A program made the translations under genes and the position numbers. A stretch of 63,122 nt of DNA, from IMG/VR virus record IMGVR_UViG_3300047561_000302, positions 1-63,122 of that record. One strand, given 5' to 3'. The stretch comes from a virus. Lineage: Duplodnaviria > Caudoviricetes. The notes beneath the pieces are model-generated. The model worked only from the letters and a program-made list of their open reading frames with translations, was not told where the DNA came from and searched no databases. Below are positions 47,426 through 55,510 of this stretch, one piece after another (position 1 is the stretch's first letter; the number at the start of each line of letters is the position of its first letter).

Positions 47426-48102
47426 TTATTTCTCCATGGTAGTGATTGATACGAAACTTTCATTGCCTCATTGCCTTCTTTAAACATATTATGTAATCTT
47501 GCTGGCGCTCTATAGTTGACGGTGGCAAGACCTGTACAGCCAAATGCTGGCAATTTTGTACTGGCAGCAGTATAGAATGGTCTATCCGCACCCCATTGTC
47601 CATAAAACGTATGGGATATAGATACCAAATACTCCCTACGAAAACAATAGCAGTTAGTATCAACAAAGTTAAGTGTATGGTCGTAAAAGGTAGGCCATCG
47701 TCCCAAGGACTCACAGTCATCGTCTCTGATGTATTCTCCGTCTTCATCACATATTCTCCTTAAAGAGTAGGCCCACATTAGGTCTTTACTTTTAATCTTA
47801 TTAATCATGGTTTCAACATGATTAGGCTCAAACCAATTATCTTCATCTAAAAATAAGATGTAATCCGCATTTACCAGTAGTGGCATGGCAGCATAGACTC
47901 GGTGCCCATACCAGCCGTTACCCCCTACGTTTTCGGGTAGTTCAATTACTTTTAATAAACCTTTTGGTATGTATTCATTTGCCTTTTGAACTCCATCCAA
48001 TACAACTAAATGCTCAGTAGTCATTGTTTGGTCTTTAACGCTTTGAATAGCTTTAAATACTGTATCTTTCCCAGTGGTAGGGGTAATTACCATTATTCTC
48101 AT
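47422..48102 (-). CDS. Family 2 glycosyltransferase
   Basis: VITPTT, VVLDG, FLDEDNWFEPNHV, WGADR. Confidence 0.85.
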   Translation of the reverse strand: MRIMVITPTTGKDTVFKAIQSVKDQTMTTEHLVVLDGVQKANEYIPKGLLKVIELPENVGGNGWYGHRVYAAMPLLVNADYILFLDEDNWFEPNHVETMINKIKSKDLMWAYSLRRICDEDGEYIRDDDCESLGRWPTFYDHTLNFVDTNCYCFRREYLVSISHTFYGQWGADRPFYTAASTKLPAFGCTGLATVNYRAPARLHNMFKEGNEAMKVSYQSLPWRNK

Positions 48103-48365
48103 TTTTGTTTTACCGCTGCGTAATCATTTAATGGGCTATAGCCTAACTTGTAACAGGTGCAGTGTTTGGCCATTACAGTTTCTACGCCAACCTCGCCTCC
48201 CCCAGCATATGCCGCAGCTTCGTATTGATTTTGTTTTACTGGGATATGCCGCTGTAAATCAGATAAATCTGCTTGCAATTGGCGTAACATAGCAGCGGCT
48301 TTCTCTCGTGTTCCACCAGGAAAATGTCCTTGCTCCAACAAATCAGCTAATTCGTTTGCGTTCAT
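48099..48365 (-). CDS. Hypothetical protein (MNANELAD family)
   Basis: AAAMLRQLQA motif. Confidence 0.6.
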   Translation of the reverse strand: MNANELADLLEQGHFPGGTREKAAAMLRQLQADLSDLQRHIPVKQNQYEAAAYAGGGEVGVETVMAKHCTCYKLGYSPLNDYAAVKQK

Positions 48366-48514
48366 TCTATTTCTCCAATAGCTTTATAGACTTGAGCAGA
48401 TACCTTTAATACATAGGCAATGTCATTAGGACTCAACTGCCCCATTAGCTGTAGTATTTTTATTACCGCAACATCGTTGTCCAAAGATTGTGGTTTAACT
48501 AAAGTTTCAATCAT
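48362..48514 (-). CDS. Small protein (50 aa)
   Basis: MIETLVKPQSLDNDVAVIKILQLMGQLSPNDIAYVL...; ATGA coupled. Confidence 0.6.
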   Translation of the reverse strand: MIETLVKPQSLDNDVAVIKILQLMGQLSPNDIAYVLKVSAQVYKAIGEIE

Positions 48515-48517
48515 TTT

Positions 48518-48691
48518 TTACCCGCAAGTTTTTATCCATACATCACCAGTCTTTTGCATTACACAGCCATCTACCATTTGGTTTTGTTTATATGGCTCTG
48601 GCTTAATGCAGTCTTTTTCTTCATAATTACTCATACTAAAAAACAAAATCACGGCAACTAAAAGTATGCCAATGATGATATTTTTATACAT
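48518..48691 (-). CDS. Small membrane-anchored Cys protein
   Basis: N-terminal TM segment, three Cys. Confidence 0.55.
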   Translation of the reverse strand: MYKNIIIGILLVAVILFFSMSNYEEKDCIKPEPYKQNQMVDGCVMQKTGDVWIKTCG

Positions 48692-48857
48692 TTGTAATCT
48701 CACGGGCTTTCATCATGGCATCTGCTATTTCATAAACTCGCATAGCTGCAACCTGATCCCATGTCTTACCGCTTGATAGGTCAAACTTCCAATCTCCACC
48801 GCAAATACCGCACATAATTTGGGCTGCAAAATAATCTCTAGGGTTTGTATCATCCAT
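48684..48857 (-). CDS. Small protein, RDYFAA...IADAM family (similar to 51166..51348)
   Basis: PRDYFAAQIMCG...VYEIADAMMKAR. Confidence 0.65.
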   Translation of the reverse strand: MDDTNPRDYFAAQIMCGICGGDWKFDLSSGKTWDQVAAMRVYEIADAMMKAREITNV

Positions 48858-49014
48858 GTTTAATTTCCTTTTTATTTGCCAGCTCTACCTTAGCTTTTTC
48901 AGTAATATATGCTTCTTCAGAAATGCCAAATTTTTTTGCTAAATTAAATTCTGCATCGCTTACTTTAAATTGATGTATTTTTTTGCTATTTGTTCTTAAT
49001 ACTATCTTTTTCAT
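48850..49014 (-). CDS. Small basic protein resembling the scaffold C-terminus (54 aa)
   Basis: MKKRVLRTNSKKIHQFKVSDAEFNLAKKFGISEEAYITEKAKVELANKKEIKHG; ATGA coupled to radical SAM gene. Confidence 0.6.
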   Translation of the reverse strand: MKKIVLRTNSKKIHQFKVSDAEFNLAKKFGISEEAYITEKAKVELANKKEIKHG

Positions 49015-49874
49015 ATTCTCCTCACGTTTTCACAAGATTTACAAATACTACATTTATTAAAATCAGTTGCTTCGTTTATAGCAATTAAATCAAGTAAGGG
49101 TTTACCCTTAAATATCTCTTCGTAAGTTTGATCTAATAAGTTCCCAATAATGTGTTTCAGATCATAGTCCATACAGCACAGCACTAGATCGCCATTAGGC
49201 AGTAAGACGTTACGGTCATAAAATGGCGTAGAGGCGCACGTTAAGGCAAACTCATTTCTAGGTGTAACACTGATACTTTGCCCAGCTACCTGTTCTACAT
49301 TAAGACTATCTGCCCTGGTGTGGCCTTTCCAGCCAGGAAGCCTACCTACAATTGATTGCAACTCTGGTGCTACAAAACCTGAACCATCCATTGTCATAGC
49401 ATCTATGCCACAAGGAACCTTTAAATTGGTCATGGTTTTTAGTGCGTGAAGCCATTCTTCAGAGTTCTTCCAACCTTTCATGTTGCCATTGGCATCGGGC
49501 AAGTGAAACATGACTATTTCCACTTGATCTGGGTGGCTTTCAAGCGCCTTCTTTACTCGCTCTGGATCTTCCATGCCATAGAGTGTTGTATAGATTGCCA
49601 CCTTAAAACCCATAAATAGAACCATTTCTAGCATCTGGGTACATTCAGGGTTAGCCCATGGCTCAGACATCCCTGAGAAGTCAATACGGGTGTTCTTAGG
49701 TATCTTAGAAAGCACCGTCATTAAATCCATTGGCTGCATATACTTAATGCCTTTGCCATAGCTTTCCCGCAAATTGTCTTGTGGGCAAAAGGTACACATT
49801 AATGGGCAGCCGATCATGGTTGTAATCTCCATCGCTGGAGTTAACTCATGGTGGATTCCGTATTTCTCTCTCAT
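49011..49874 (-). CDS. Radical SAM protein with SPASM/twitch domain
   Basis: CPLMCTFC (CxxxCxxC), FSGMSEP, NGDLVLCCMD, CSICKSC. Confidence 0.88.
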   Translation of the reverse strand: MREKYGIHHELTPAMEITTMIGCPLMCTFCPQDNLRESYGKGIKYMQPMDLMTVLSKIPKNTRIDFSGMSEPWANPECTQMLEMVLFMGFKVAIYTTLYGMEDPERVKKALESHPDQVEIVMFHLPDANGNMKGWKNSEEWLHALKTMTNLKVPCGIDAMTMDGSGFVAPELQSIVGRLPGWKGHTRADSLNVEQVAGQSISVTPRNEFALTCASTPFYDRNVLLPNGDLVLCCMDYDLKHIIGNLLDQTYEEIFKGKPLLDLIAINEATDFNKCSICKSCENVRRI

Positions 49875-49875
49875 A

Positions 49876-50571
49876 TCAAACCTTAATTAAAACAAAACTC
49901 ATTGAGTCGGTGTCATCGAATATACCTGCTCCGCACTTACATTTATAGGTATGAAACTTATAGTCCTTAGAACCACAGGCGTAACAATGGTCTGGCAGAT
50001 GGGTGCGCTTATATAAAGACATCTCTTTAGTTAGCTTCCATAACTCCTCTACTTCATCCACATCAAACATAGAACCTTCTGCAATATCGGCAAAGTCAGG
50101 GGTTTTATTGATGCGTTTGTAATGGTCAATGGCCAATAAAGTAGATAGGGTATTGCCAGTTTCGCCAGCAAGAATGGCTTTATGAGAGGTATGTATATCT
50201 TCTAATATGTAAATACCACCAGACTTTAGCGCCCTCATTCCCTCAAGTAATGCTATGCCCTGGTGATATGGGTTATGTGATCCGTCTTCAATCATTAGGT
50301 CAAATTGGCGTAATTTAAAGAAGTTCATTACGGCATGGGAATCACCCTGATCCATCTGCACAGAAAAGAAACGCTCACACTTGGGCCAAAAGATTTTCTT
50401 CTCAAGAATATCTGCGCCAAATACTTCAGCCTTTGGGAACCGATCTAATAACCAACGAATAGAATCGCCCTCATATATACCAATCTCCGCTATGTTCTTT
50501 GGCTCAAAGCCAGCAAAGAAACGCTCATAGAATGGAATAAACCCATGCCAATACTCTTTATCACTTTTCAT
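49876..50571 (-). CDS. Class I SAM-dependent methyltransferase-like protein
   Basis: AEIGIYEGDS, FDLMIEDGSH, LKSGGIYILEDI. Confidence 0.82.
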   Translation of the reverse strand: MKSDKEYWHGFIPFYERFFAGFEPKNIAEIGIYEGDSIRWLLDRFPKAEVFGADILEKKIFWPKCERFFSVQMDQGDSHAVMNFFKLRQFDLMIEDGSHNPYHQGIALLEGMRALKSGGIYILEDIHTSHKAILAGETGNTLSTLLAIDHYKRINKTPDFADIAEGSMFDVDEVEELWKLTKEMSLYKRTHLPDHCYACGSKDYKFHTYKCKCGAGIFDDTDSMSFVLIKV

Positions 50572-51169
50572 TTAAAACTTCCTCACATTTAGTTATAAAT
50601 CGATCTATGTTTATTTGTTTACGGCTTTCAAATAAGTGATAACAGACGTTTCCGTAAGTTGTACCATGCCCGTAAGCATTGGGCATACCAGGTAAGTCCC
50701 ATAGTGGGACATCTACCTTACTAGGGTAAACCATTACTACATTTTGTTTGTATTCCAGCCAAGCATCAGTTAAGTTCTGCGCTACATCACTGTTAGATAG
50801 CGCCCTGCAAGTAGGTCTTCCAAACTTATTCCAAGTGTTTACATTAACTGCCATAAACCATGCCCCTACATAGGCTCTATTCTTATCTAAATGATTAGCA
50901 CAGCCAGCTGCGCCATATAAAGTTCCATCGGCACAAATTGTAGGAATATCGTCTATAGCGGATTTGCATAACGGGATGCAGTCTATATCCATAAACAAAA
51001 TAACATCAGCCTCTTTTTCATTGAATAGCACCCAGTCAACCCAAGTACCATGATCTACACCATTTAAGCGGTGCTGAATGACTTTTAAACCTAACTTGTC
51101 AAAGACTTTCTTTTGATACTCAGGGATACGGGGATCAATATTGTCCCAGTACATACTGTGGATTTTCAT
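50561..51169 (-). CDS. Glycosyltransferase-like (DxD) protein
   Basis: ILFMDIDCIPL, GTTYG, YHLFESR. Confidence 0.65.
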   Translation of the reverse strand: MKIHSMYWDNIDPRIPEYQKKVFDKLGLKVIQHRLNGVDHGTWVDWVLFNEKEADVILFMDIDCIPLCKSAIDDIPTICADGTLYGAAGCANHLDKNRAYVGAWFMAVNVNTWNKFGRPTCRALSNSDVAQNLTDAWLEYKQNVVMVYPSKVDVPLWDLPGMPNAYGHGTTYGNVCYHLFESRKQINIDRFITKCEEVLNEK

Positions 51170-51348
51170 TTACCCTTGGCCTTTCTTGATCTGACGGGAG
51201 GAAGTCCAACTGTTCCTTTGCCATCTCTAGCTTCAAGCATGGCATCGGCTATATCCCAAACTTCTTTTGCTTCCCATACGCTACCCCTGCTTAATAGGCC
51301 AAGCATGGCAAACATGGCAAAGCAATCTCTTAGGTCTTGTTCATTCAT
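51166..51348 (-). CDS. Small protein, LRDCFAM...IADAMLEAR family
   Basis: Motif match; coupled. Confidence 0.65.
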   Translation of the reverse strand: MNEQDLRDCFAMFAMLGLLSRGSVWEAKEVWDIADAMLEARDGKGTVGLPPVRSRKAKGK

Positions 51349-51556
51349 CTTCTTCTTCCACTGTTATGTCTTTTTCTACCAATAAAGCTATAGAATCTTC
51401 ACTAATACAATAACCAGTAGTCCATTGTTCATCAGGACTTTCATACTTATACAATCTCTTGGCTTTTCTTTTAGCTTCTTTTTCGCCTCTAGCATTAATT
51501 TCATAAATTAAAGTTCTTTGGATTGTTTCATACAAAGTAATCTCGTATCTGTTCAT
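51341..51556 (-). CDS. Hypothetical protein
   Basis: 71 aa, coupled. Confidence 0.55.
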   Translation of the reverse strand: MNRYEITLYETIQRTLIYEINARGEKEAKRKAKRLYKYESPDEQWTTGYCISEDSIALLVEKDITVEEEDE

Positions 51557-51837
51557 TTTTTAATCTCTAAACTTTCAATTTGTTCGGTCAAAATAGAACC
51601 AATATCCTTGCCTTTGATGGCAATCATTTGGGCCTCTTTGTTGTCGTAAACAATTTTGGCAGCATCGTTAATGGCTTTGTTATAACCACTGTTATAAAGA
51701 TCTGTACCCTTTAGCATCATATCCACCGCATCACGGATCATCCCAGACGCTTTCCTTGTTTTAGCAAGTTCTTTTATCTTGGCGTGTTGGTCTTCTGGTA
51801 AGAAAACCGAATATGGAATTAATTTGCGTGATTCCAT
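51553..51837 (-). CDS. Putative ribbon-helix-helix DNA-binding protein
   Basis: YSVFLPEDQHAKIKELA...SGMIRDAVD. Confidence 0.55.
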   Translation of the reverse strand: MESRKLIPYSVFLPEDQHAKIKELAKTRKASGMIRDAVDMMLKGTDLYNSGYNKAINDAAKIVYDNKEAQMIAIKGKDIGSILTEQIESLEIKK

Positions 51838-52241
51838 TTGTTGTAGTCCTTATGTAATTTATCCAATAATTCACGGGCTTTATAGTTTGTTTTTAATTCT
51901 GTTCTAGATTGTATGCACAAATAATCCCTTAACCAGCTTGTGGCCAGTTCTTCGTTAGCTTCAAATATTTGATTATCTTCTACCAAATACTCTAAAAAAC
52001 GGGGATCTCTTGGGAGCAATCCAGCTATACGAATTGACCTATTTCCCCCAAATTCATCGGCTTTATCCATTGGCTGTTCATCGCCATTAATCCTGACCAT
52101 AACTACCTGATACCTAGCACCGACAAAATCCCTGAGTAAGTCTTCAGGAATATCATCTGGGTGCAAGGATAAGGTTAAGACATAACCAGTCTTATCCTGC
52201 TTGAGAGCTACTTTTGTAGCCTCAAACTGTAGCGTTTTCAA
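51819..52241 (-). CDS. Conserved hypothetical protein
   Basis: LSLHPDDIP, VGARYQVVMV, CIQSRTELK. Confidence 0.6.
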   Translation of the reverse strand: MKTLQFEATKVALKQDKTGYVLTLSLHPDDIPEDLLRDFVGARYQVVMVRINGDEQPMDKADEFGGNRSIRIAGLLPRDPRFLEYLVEDNQIFEANEELATSWLRDYLCIQSRTELKTNYKARELLDKLHKDYNKWNHAN

Positions 52242-52512
52242 GCCGTCTCTCCAAATAGGTAATGAGATATTTCAAATGCTGAATCTCTTCCCAGCGTTGA
52301 ACACATATTTTGGCTAACTCATCATTTTCAGTTATGTATACATTGAGTTGGGTTTCTTGTTTTTTAACTATCTCTTCCCAGTTGGTCTCAGAAAATGGTG
52401 AGTCAAACTGATCCCATTCTTTCAGTTTTTCTTGCAAAGACTCTGGGCTAGGTTTGAAATCAGGAAACTTCAAATCGTTTTTAAGAGGACGGCCACGGTT
52501 TTTATTAGTCAT
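52222..52512 (-). CDS. Hypothetical protein
   Basis: RGRP N-terminus, coiled coil. Confidence 0.55.
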   Translation of the reverse strand: MTNKNRGRPLKNDLKFPDFKPSPESLQEKLKEWDQFDSPFSETNWEEIVKKQETQLNVYITENDELAKICVQRWEEIQHLKYLITYLERRLENATV

Positions 52513-52521
52513 ATGGTTTCC

Positions 52522-52779
52522 TTAGTAAGGTAAGTCATCTGAAACAGATGGTTTTTCATAGGGTTCGGAAGCGGTAATTGATAACACTTTCTTGCCCTTA
52601 ATTTCTTTACTCCATCCTGCAATAGCAATCTTTACAAGGCTACCTTTGGATTTAAGAATCAAGTTCTCAAGCAAAGTCTTTTCAATATTGACATCGCCAC
52701 GGACATCTGGGTGGTTGTCCTGCTTCTTATACTCATTGGGCCAAAGACTACCTGTATTTGGTTTTGGTTCGAAAGCCAT
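52522..52779 (-). CDS. Putative single-stranded DNA-binding protein (DUF736-like)
   Basis: NTGSLWPN, HPDVRG, IAGW, acidic DDLPY tail; next to ERF. Confidence 0.65.
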   Translation of the reverse strand: MAFEPKPNTGSLWPNEYKKQDNHPDVRGDVNIEKTLLENLILKSKGSLVKIAIAGWSKEIKGKKVLSITASEPYEKPSVSDDLPY

Positions 52780-52781
52780 AA

Positions 52782-53519
52782 TTACTCCTTAAACTTGTTA
52801 GTTGTTTCTGTAAACTTCGCCATAATTCCTTTAAAGAACGCAGGGTCAGTCGCTTTTACTTCATCAAAAATTACCTTGTTTTTCTTAAAGATAATCATGA
52901 CATCTTCTTCGCTGGCAGCAAGGTCTAGCAACATAAATGCTGATGCCTTAACCAGTTCTAGCCAGTCTGTTGGGTCTCCATCAGGCTTGGCAGTAATCTT
53001 CATCTGAAACTCTCCTGCAGTTCCTGCCAATGGTTTGTTCTTAATGGTTACCGTTGCACCTTCAGCATTGATGGTTAAAGATGGTTCTTTAGCCGTACTG
53101 GTTACAGCAGATACCGTAACGGCTTCAGACTTTTTTGCTGGTTCAGACCCCGTAGTAGCGTCCAACGCATCATGCTCCACAATCTCAAATGCATTAGTCC
53201 ATAAGTACCTACGCAAATAGGTCTGAACAGCCCCTAGATTCTGTACATCATGGCAGCCTTTCAAGGCAGCAGATGACATTGGCGAGGTAAACATAACAGA
53301 CGTTCCATCCTCAACATCATTGATTTGAAGATATGCCATGTTGTTATCAAAAGATATAACTCCGCATAACCCTAAGTCTTTGCAAATATTCTGAATCTGA
53401 GGCAGAAAATCGCCCAGTTCAAAGTACTCATACCCAGCAAACTTGTTCTTTCCAGACTTGTTTAGCTTGGTATTTTGCAACAAGATCCTAGCCTCTTGTA
53501 GCTTTTTATATACAGTCAT
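52782..53519 (-). CDS. ERF-family ssDNA annealing protein
   Basis: KSGKNKFAGYEYFELGDFLP, QNLGAVQTYLRRYL. Confidence 0.85.
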   Translation of the reverse strand: MTVYKKLQEARILLQNTKLNKSGKNKFAGYEYFELGDFLPQIQNICKDLGLCGVISFDNNMAYLQINDVEDGTSVMFTSPMSSAALKGCHDVQNLGAVQTYLRRYLWTNAFEIVEHDALDATTGSEPAKKSEAVTVSAVTSTAKEPSLTINAEGATVTIKNKPLAGTAGEFQMKITAKPDGDPTDWLELVKASAFMLLDLAASEEDVMIIFKKNKVIFDEVKATDPAFFKGIMAKFTETTNKFKE

Positions 53520-53725
53520 TGTTTTATTTCCTCTTGTCTTGCGTGAAATTTTTCATCGGCTAAAACAGTGCCTTTTTCTGAATGAACTACTTGTACAAGT
53601 AGCCATTTGCCATCTCTGTTTTCTCTAGCCATTTGAAAATATCTGTCTAACGCCATATCTGCATCAACATAAGCGCCATCATATATTCCCGTTTTTGTAT
53701 CCCAAATTATGTAATTCCCTTTCAT
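53516..53725 (-). CDS. Hypothetical protein
   Basis: ATG 53725, coupled to ERF gene. Confidence 0.5.
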   Translation of the reverse strand: MKGNYIIWDTKTGIYDGAYVDADMALDRYFQMARENRDGKWLLVQVVHSEKGTVLADEKFHARQEEIKQ

Positions 53726-53726
53726 A

Positions 53727-53870
53727 TCAACAAACAACTGGTTTAAAAATGCCATCAGTCACCGTATCCCAACAACATACACCGCCACGACCATCTGGGG
53801 CGCACTTTACAGCAGACATAACATTGGTTGATAACAGGGCAATAAATGCCAACGCAATTAGCTTCTTCAT
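53727..53870 (-). CDS. Small secreted four-Cys peptide (47 aa)
   Basis: MKKLIALAFIALLSTNVMSA signal-like segment then VKCAPDGRGGVCCWDTVTDGIFKPVVC; ATGA coupled. Confidence 0.6.
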   Translation of the reverse strand: MKKLIALAFIALLSTNVMSAVKCAPDGRGGVCCWDTVTDGIFKPVVC

Positions 53871-54751
53871 TTAGCTTCTCCTTTTGTAGATAAATAATCC
53901 CGATACTGTTGGCAGTACTGGGAAACTGGGCAGTAATTCTCACAACGAGTACGTTCACCCTGACGTACTTCTATTTCATAAACCTTGTCCATGGTGGCTA
54001 ATGCTTCTATAGCGTGTGCCTCGGTCTCATAAACCTTGAAAGCACGGACTCCACCCTTCTTCTTAATAGCCCAAGTGGTAGGCTTTTCCCACATCTCAGA
54101 TGGTGTGCAATCAGGCAGCTCACCGTCTGTTTCAATGGCAAAATCACAGGAACTATGTATGGCTATACGGCTTGATATATAGGCTGTACGCTCTTCCATA
54201 GACCATAAGCGAACAGCTACTTCTTTAATTGGAGATTCTGGGTAGTTTTCTTTCTGTTTACTTTCCCGTTCTTTCCAATCCCGTAGAATGGCCACAATAC
54301 CTAACGATGTTACTGGGGTCTTTTTGACCTTTTCTACTAGCCAAGCATAGACATTAAGCTGGTCTTCCCATTCGGGCTTTTCATTCATAACTGCCCAAAC
54401 TGAGGTAGTTTTGTAGTCACGAATATCTACGCCATCAGGGTTCATGATCTGTAGATCTACGGCCCCAGAGATATGCCAGCCATCAAACTCGGCATGGATA
54501 CGCTCTTCTACCAAGTGATGATCGTCTTTGCCATGCTCTAAGATGTTATGCACAGCAGAACCAAAAATAGACCAAACCATCTCGGAAGCATCTTGCTCAA
54601 GCTCATCCTCAAACTTCTTCGTCAGAGCCACGATTTTAGGGCTGTTAAGCAACTGAGTAGCAGATAGGTGTGCCCTACCCTTGTTATAGGTAGGACGCTC
54701 CAAAACGTTCATAAACGTCTGTGGGATGCCATATTTGTTAGTCAACTTCAT
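53867..54751 (-). CDS. PD-(D/E)XK (Cas4/RecB-like) exonuclease
   Basis: GSAVHNILE, ISGAVD, DYKTT, QLNVY, RCENYCPVSQYC. Confidence 0.82.
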   Translation of the reverse strand: MKLTNKYGIPQTFMNVLERPTYNKGRAHLSATQLLNSPKIVALTKKFEDELEQDASEMVWSIFGSAVHNILEHGKDDHHLVEERIHAEFDGWHISGAVDLQIMNPDGVDIRDYKTTSVWAVMNEKPEWEDQLNVYAWLVEKVKKTPVTSLGIVAILRDWKERESKQKENYPESPIKEVAVRLWSMEERTAYISSRIAIHSSCDFAIETDGELPDCTPSEMWEKPTTWAIKKKGGVRAFKVYETEAHAIEALATMDKVYEIEVRQGERTRCENYCPVSQYCQQYRDYLSTKGEAK

Positions 54752-54972
54752 TTCTTTATCACCATAGCAATGATGATTAGAATGGCAACGGCTGTAAAAG
54801 CAAAATACACAATGCGCTCCATGCTACGGGCCTTGTGCCATTTTGGTGGGCAGATAAATAACCCTTGAATAAGGATCATGTCGGGATCATCAATCGGCAT
54901 GGGCTTTGGTGACTCGTTCCAGCGTGAACCAATTTTCACCCCAGTCGAGGTTGTATAAGGAATACTTCGCAT
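54748..54972 (-). CDS. Hypothetical membrane protein, first gene of the recombination arm
   Basis: PYTTSTGVKIG motif; C-terminal TM segment. Confidence 0.65.
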   Translation of the reverse strand: MRSIPYTTSTGVKIGSRWNESPKPMPIDDPDMILIQGLFICPPKWHKARSMERIVYFAFTAVAILIIIAMVIKK

Positions 54973-54977
54973 TTGTT

Positions 54978-54988
54978 TCTCCTAGCAG
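54978..54988 (-). promoter_or_regulatory. Extended SD CTGCTAGGAGA (candidate sRNA target 5)
   Basis: Directly upstream of ATG 54972. Confidence 0.75.
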
Positions 54989-55003
54989 TTAAACTACAGA
55001 CAC

Positions 55004-55032
55004 AGTATGCATTAGAATAAATACTATGTCAA
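55004..55032 (-). promoter_or_regulatory. Sigma70 promoter of the recombination arm
   Basis: TTGACA-17 bp-CATACT. Confidence 0.7.
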
Positions 55033-55075
55033 CAGATTGTACCTATATAATATCATGACATTACAAAGCAACTTT

Positions 55076-55098
55076 TCACCCTAACAATGTTATAGTGA
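55076..55098. promoter_or_regulatory. Palindromic site copy D
   Basis: TCACCCTAACAATGTTATAGTGA, 4 nt upstream of ATG 55103. Confidence 0.65.
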
Positions 55099-55102
55099 CA
55101 AT

Positions 55103-55444
55103 ATGAAAACCGTTACCCTACCTTGGCCACCTAAAGAACTTTCCCCCAATTCAACGCTCCATTGGGCTAAGAAAGCGAAAAAGAAGAAAGAATATAGAAC
55201 CGCTTGCTGGGCTTTAACCCTTGAAGCAAAGCTGGTTGCCCCTGATGGGGATGGGAAAATACCTATAGAGATTACCTTTTACCCGCCAGATAAACGGCAC
55301 AGGGATGCAGATAACATGGTTGCATCGATAAAAGCTGGATTAGATGGGCTGGCAGATGCCTTAAAGGTCAATGACAAACGGTTTTTACCAAGCTTTCACT
55401 TCAAAGAAGAAGTAGCTGGAATGGTAAAAATAGAGATAAAATGA
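55103..55444 (+). CDS. rusA: RusA-like Holliday junction resolvase
   Basis: LPWPPKELSPN, ITFYPPDKRHRDADNM, KAGLDGLADALKVND. Confidence 0.8.
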   Translation: MKTVTLPWPPKELSPNSTLHWAKKAKKKKEYRTACWALTLEAKLVAPDGDGKIPIEITFYPPDKRHRDADNMVASIKAGLDGLADALKVNDKRFLPSFHFKEEVAGMVKIEIK

Positions 55445-55479
55445 ACTTGCCATAGTTATGGCTTCTTCATGTTAGTCTT

Positions 55480-55510
55480 GGGGGAGGACTCAAAACCCTC
55501 CCCTTTTTTT
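55480..55510 (+). terminator. Intrinsic terminator after rusA-like gene
   Basis: GGGGAGG/CCTCCCC stem followed by T7. Confidence 0.65.

Noticed and set aside
53867-54751. Cas4-like nuclease as part of a CRISPR-Cas system
   Set aside because: No other cas genes or array; sits with ERF and SSB in a recombination module.
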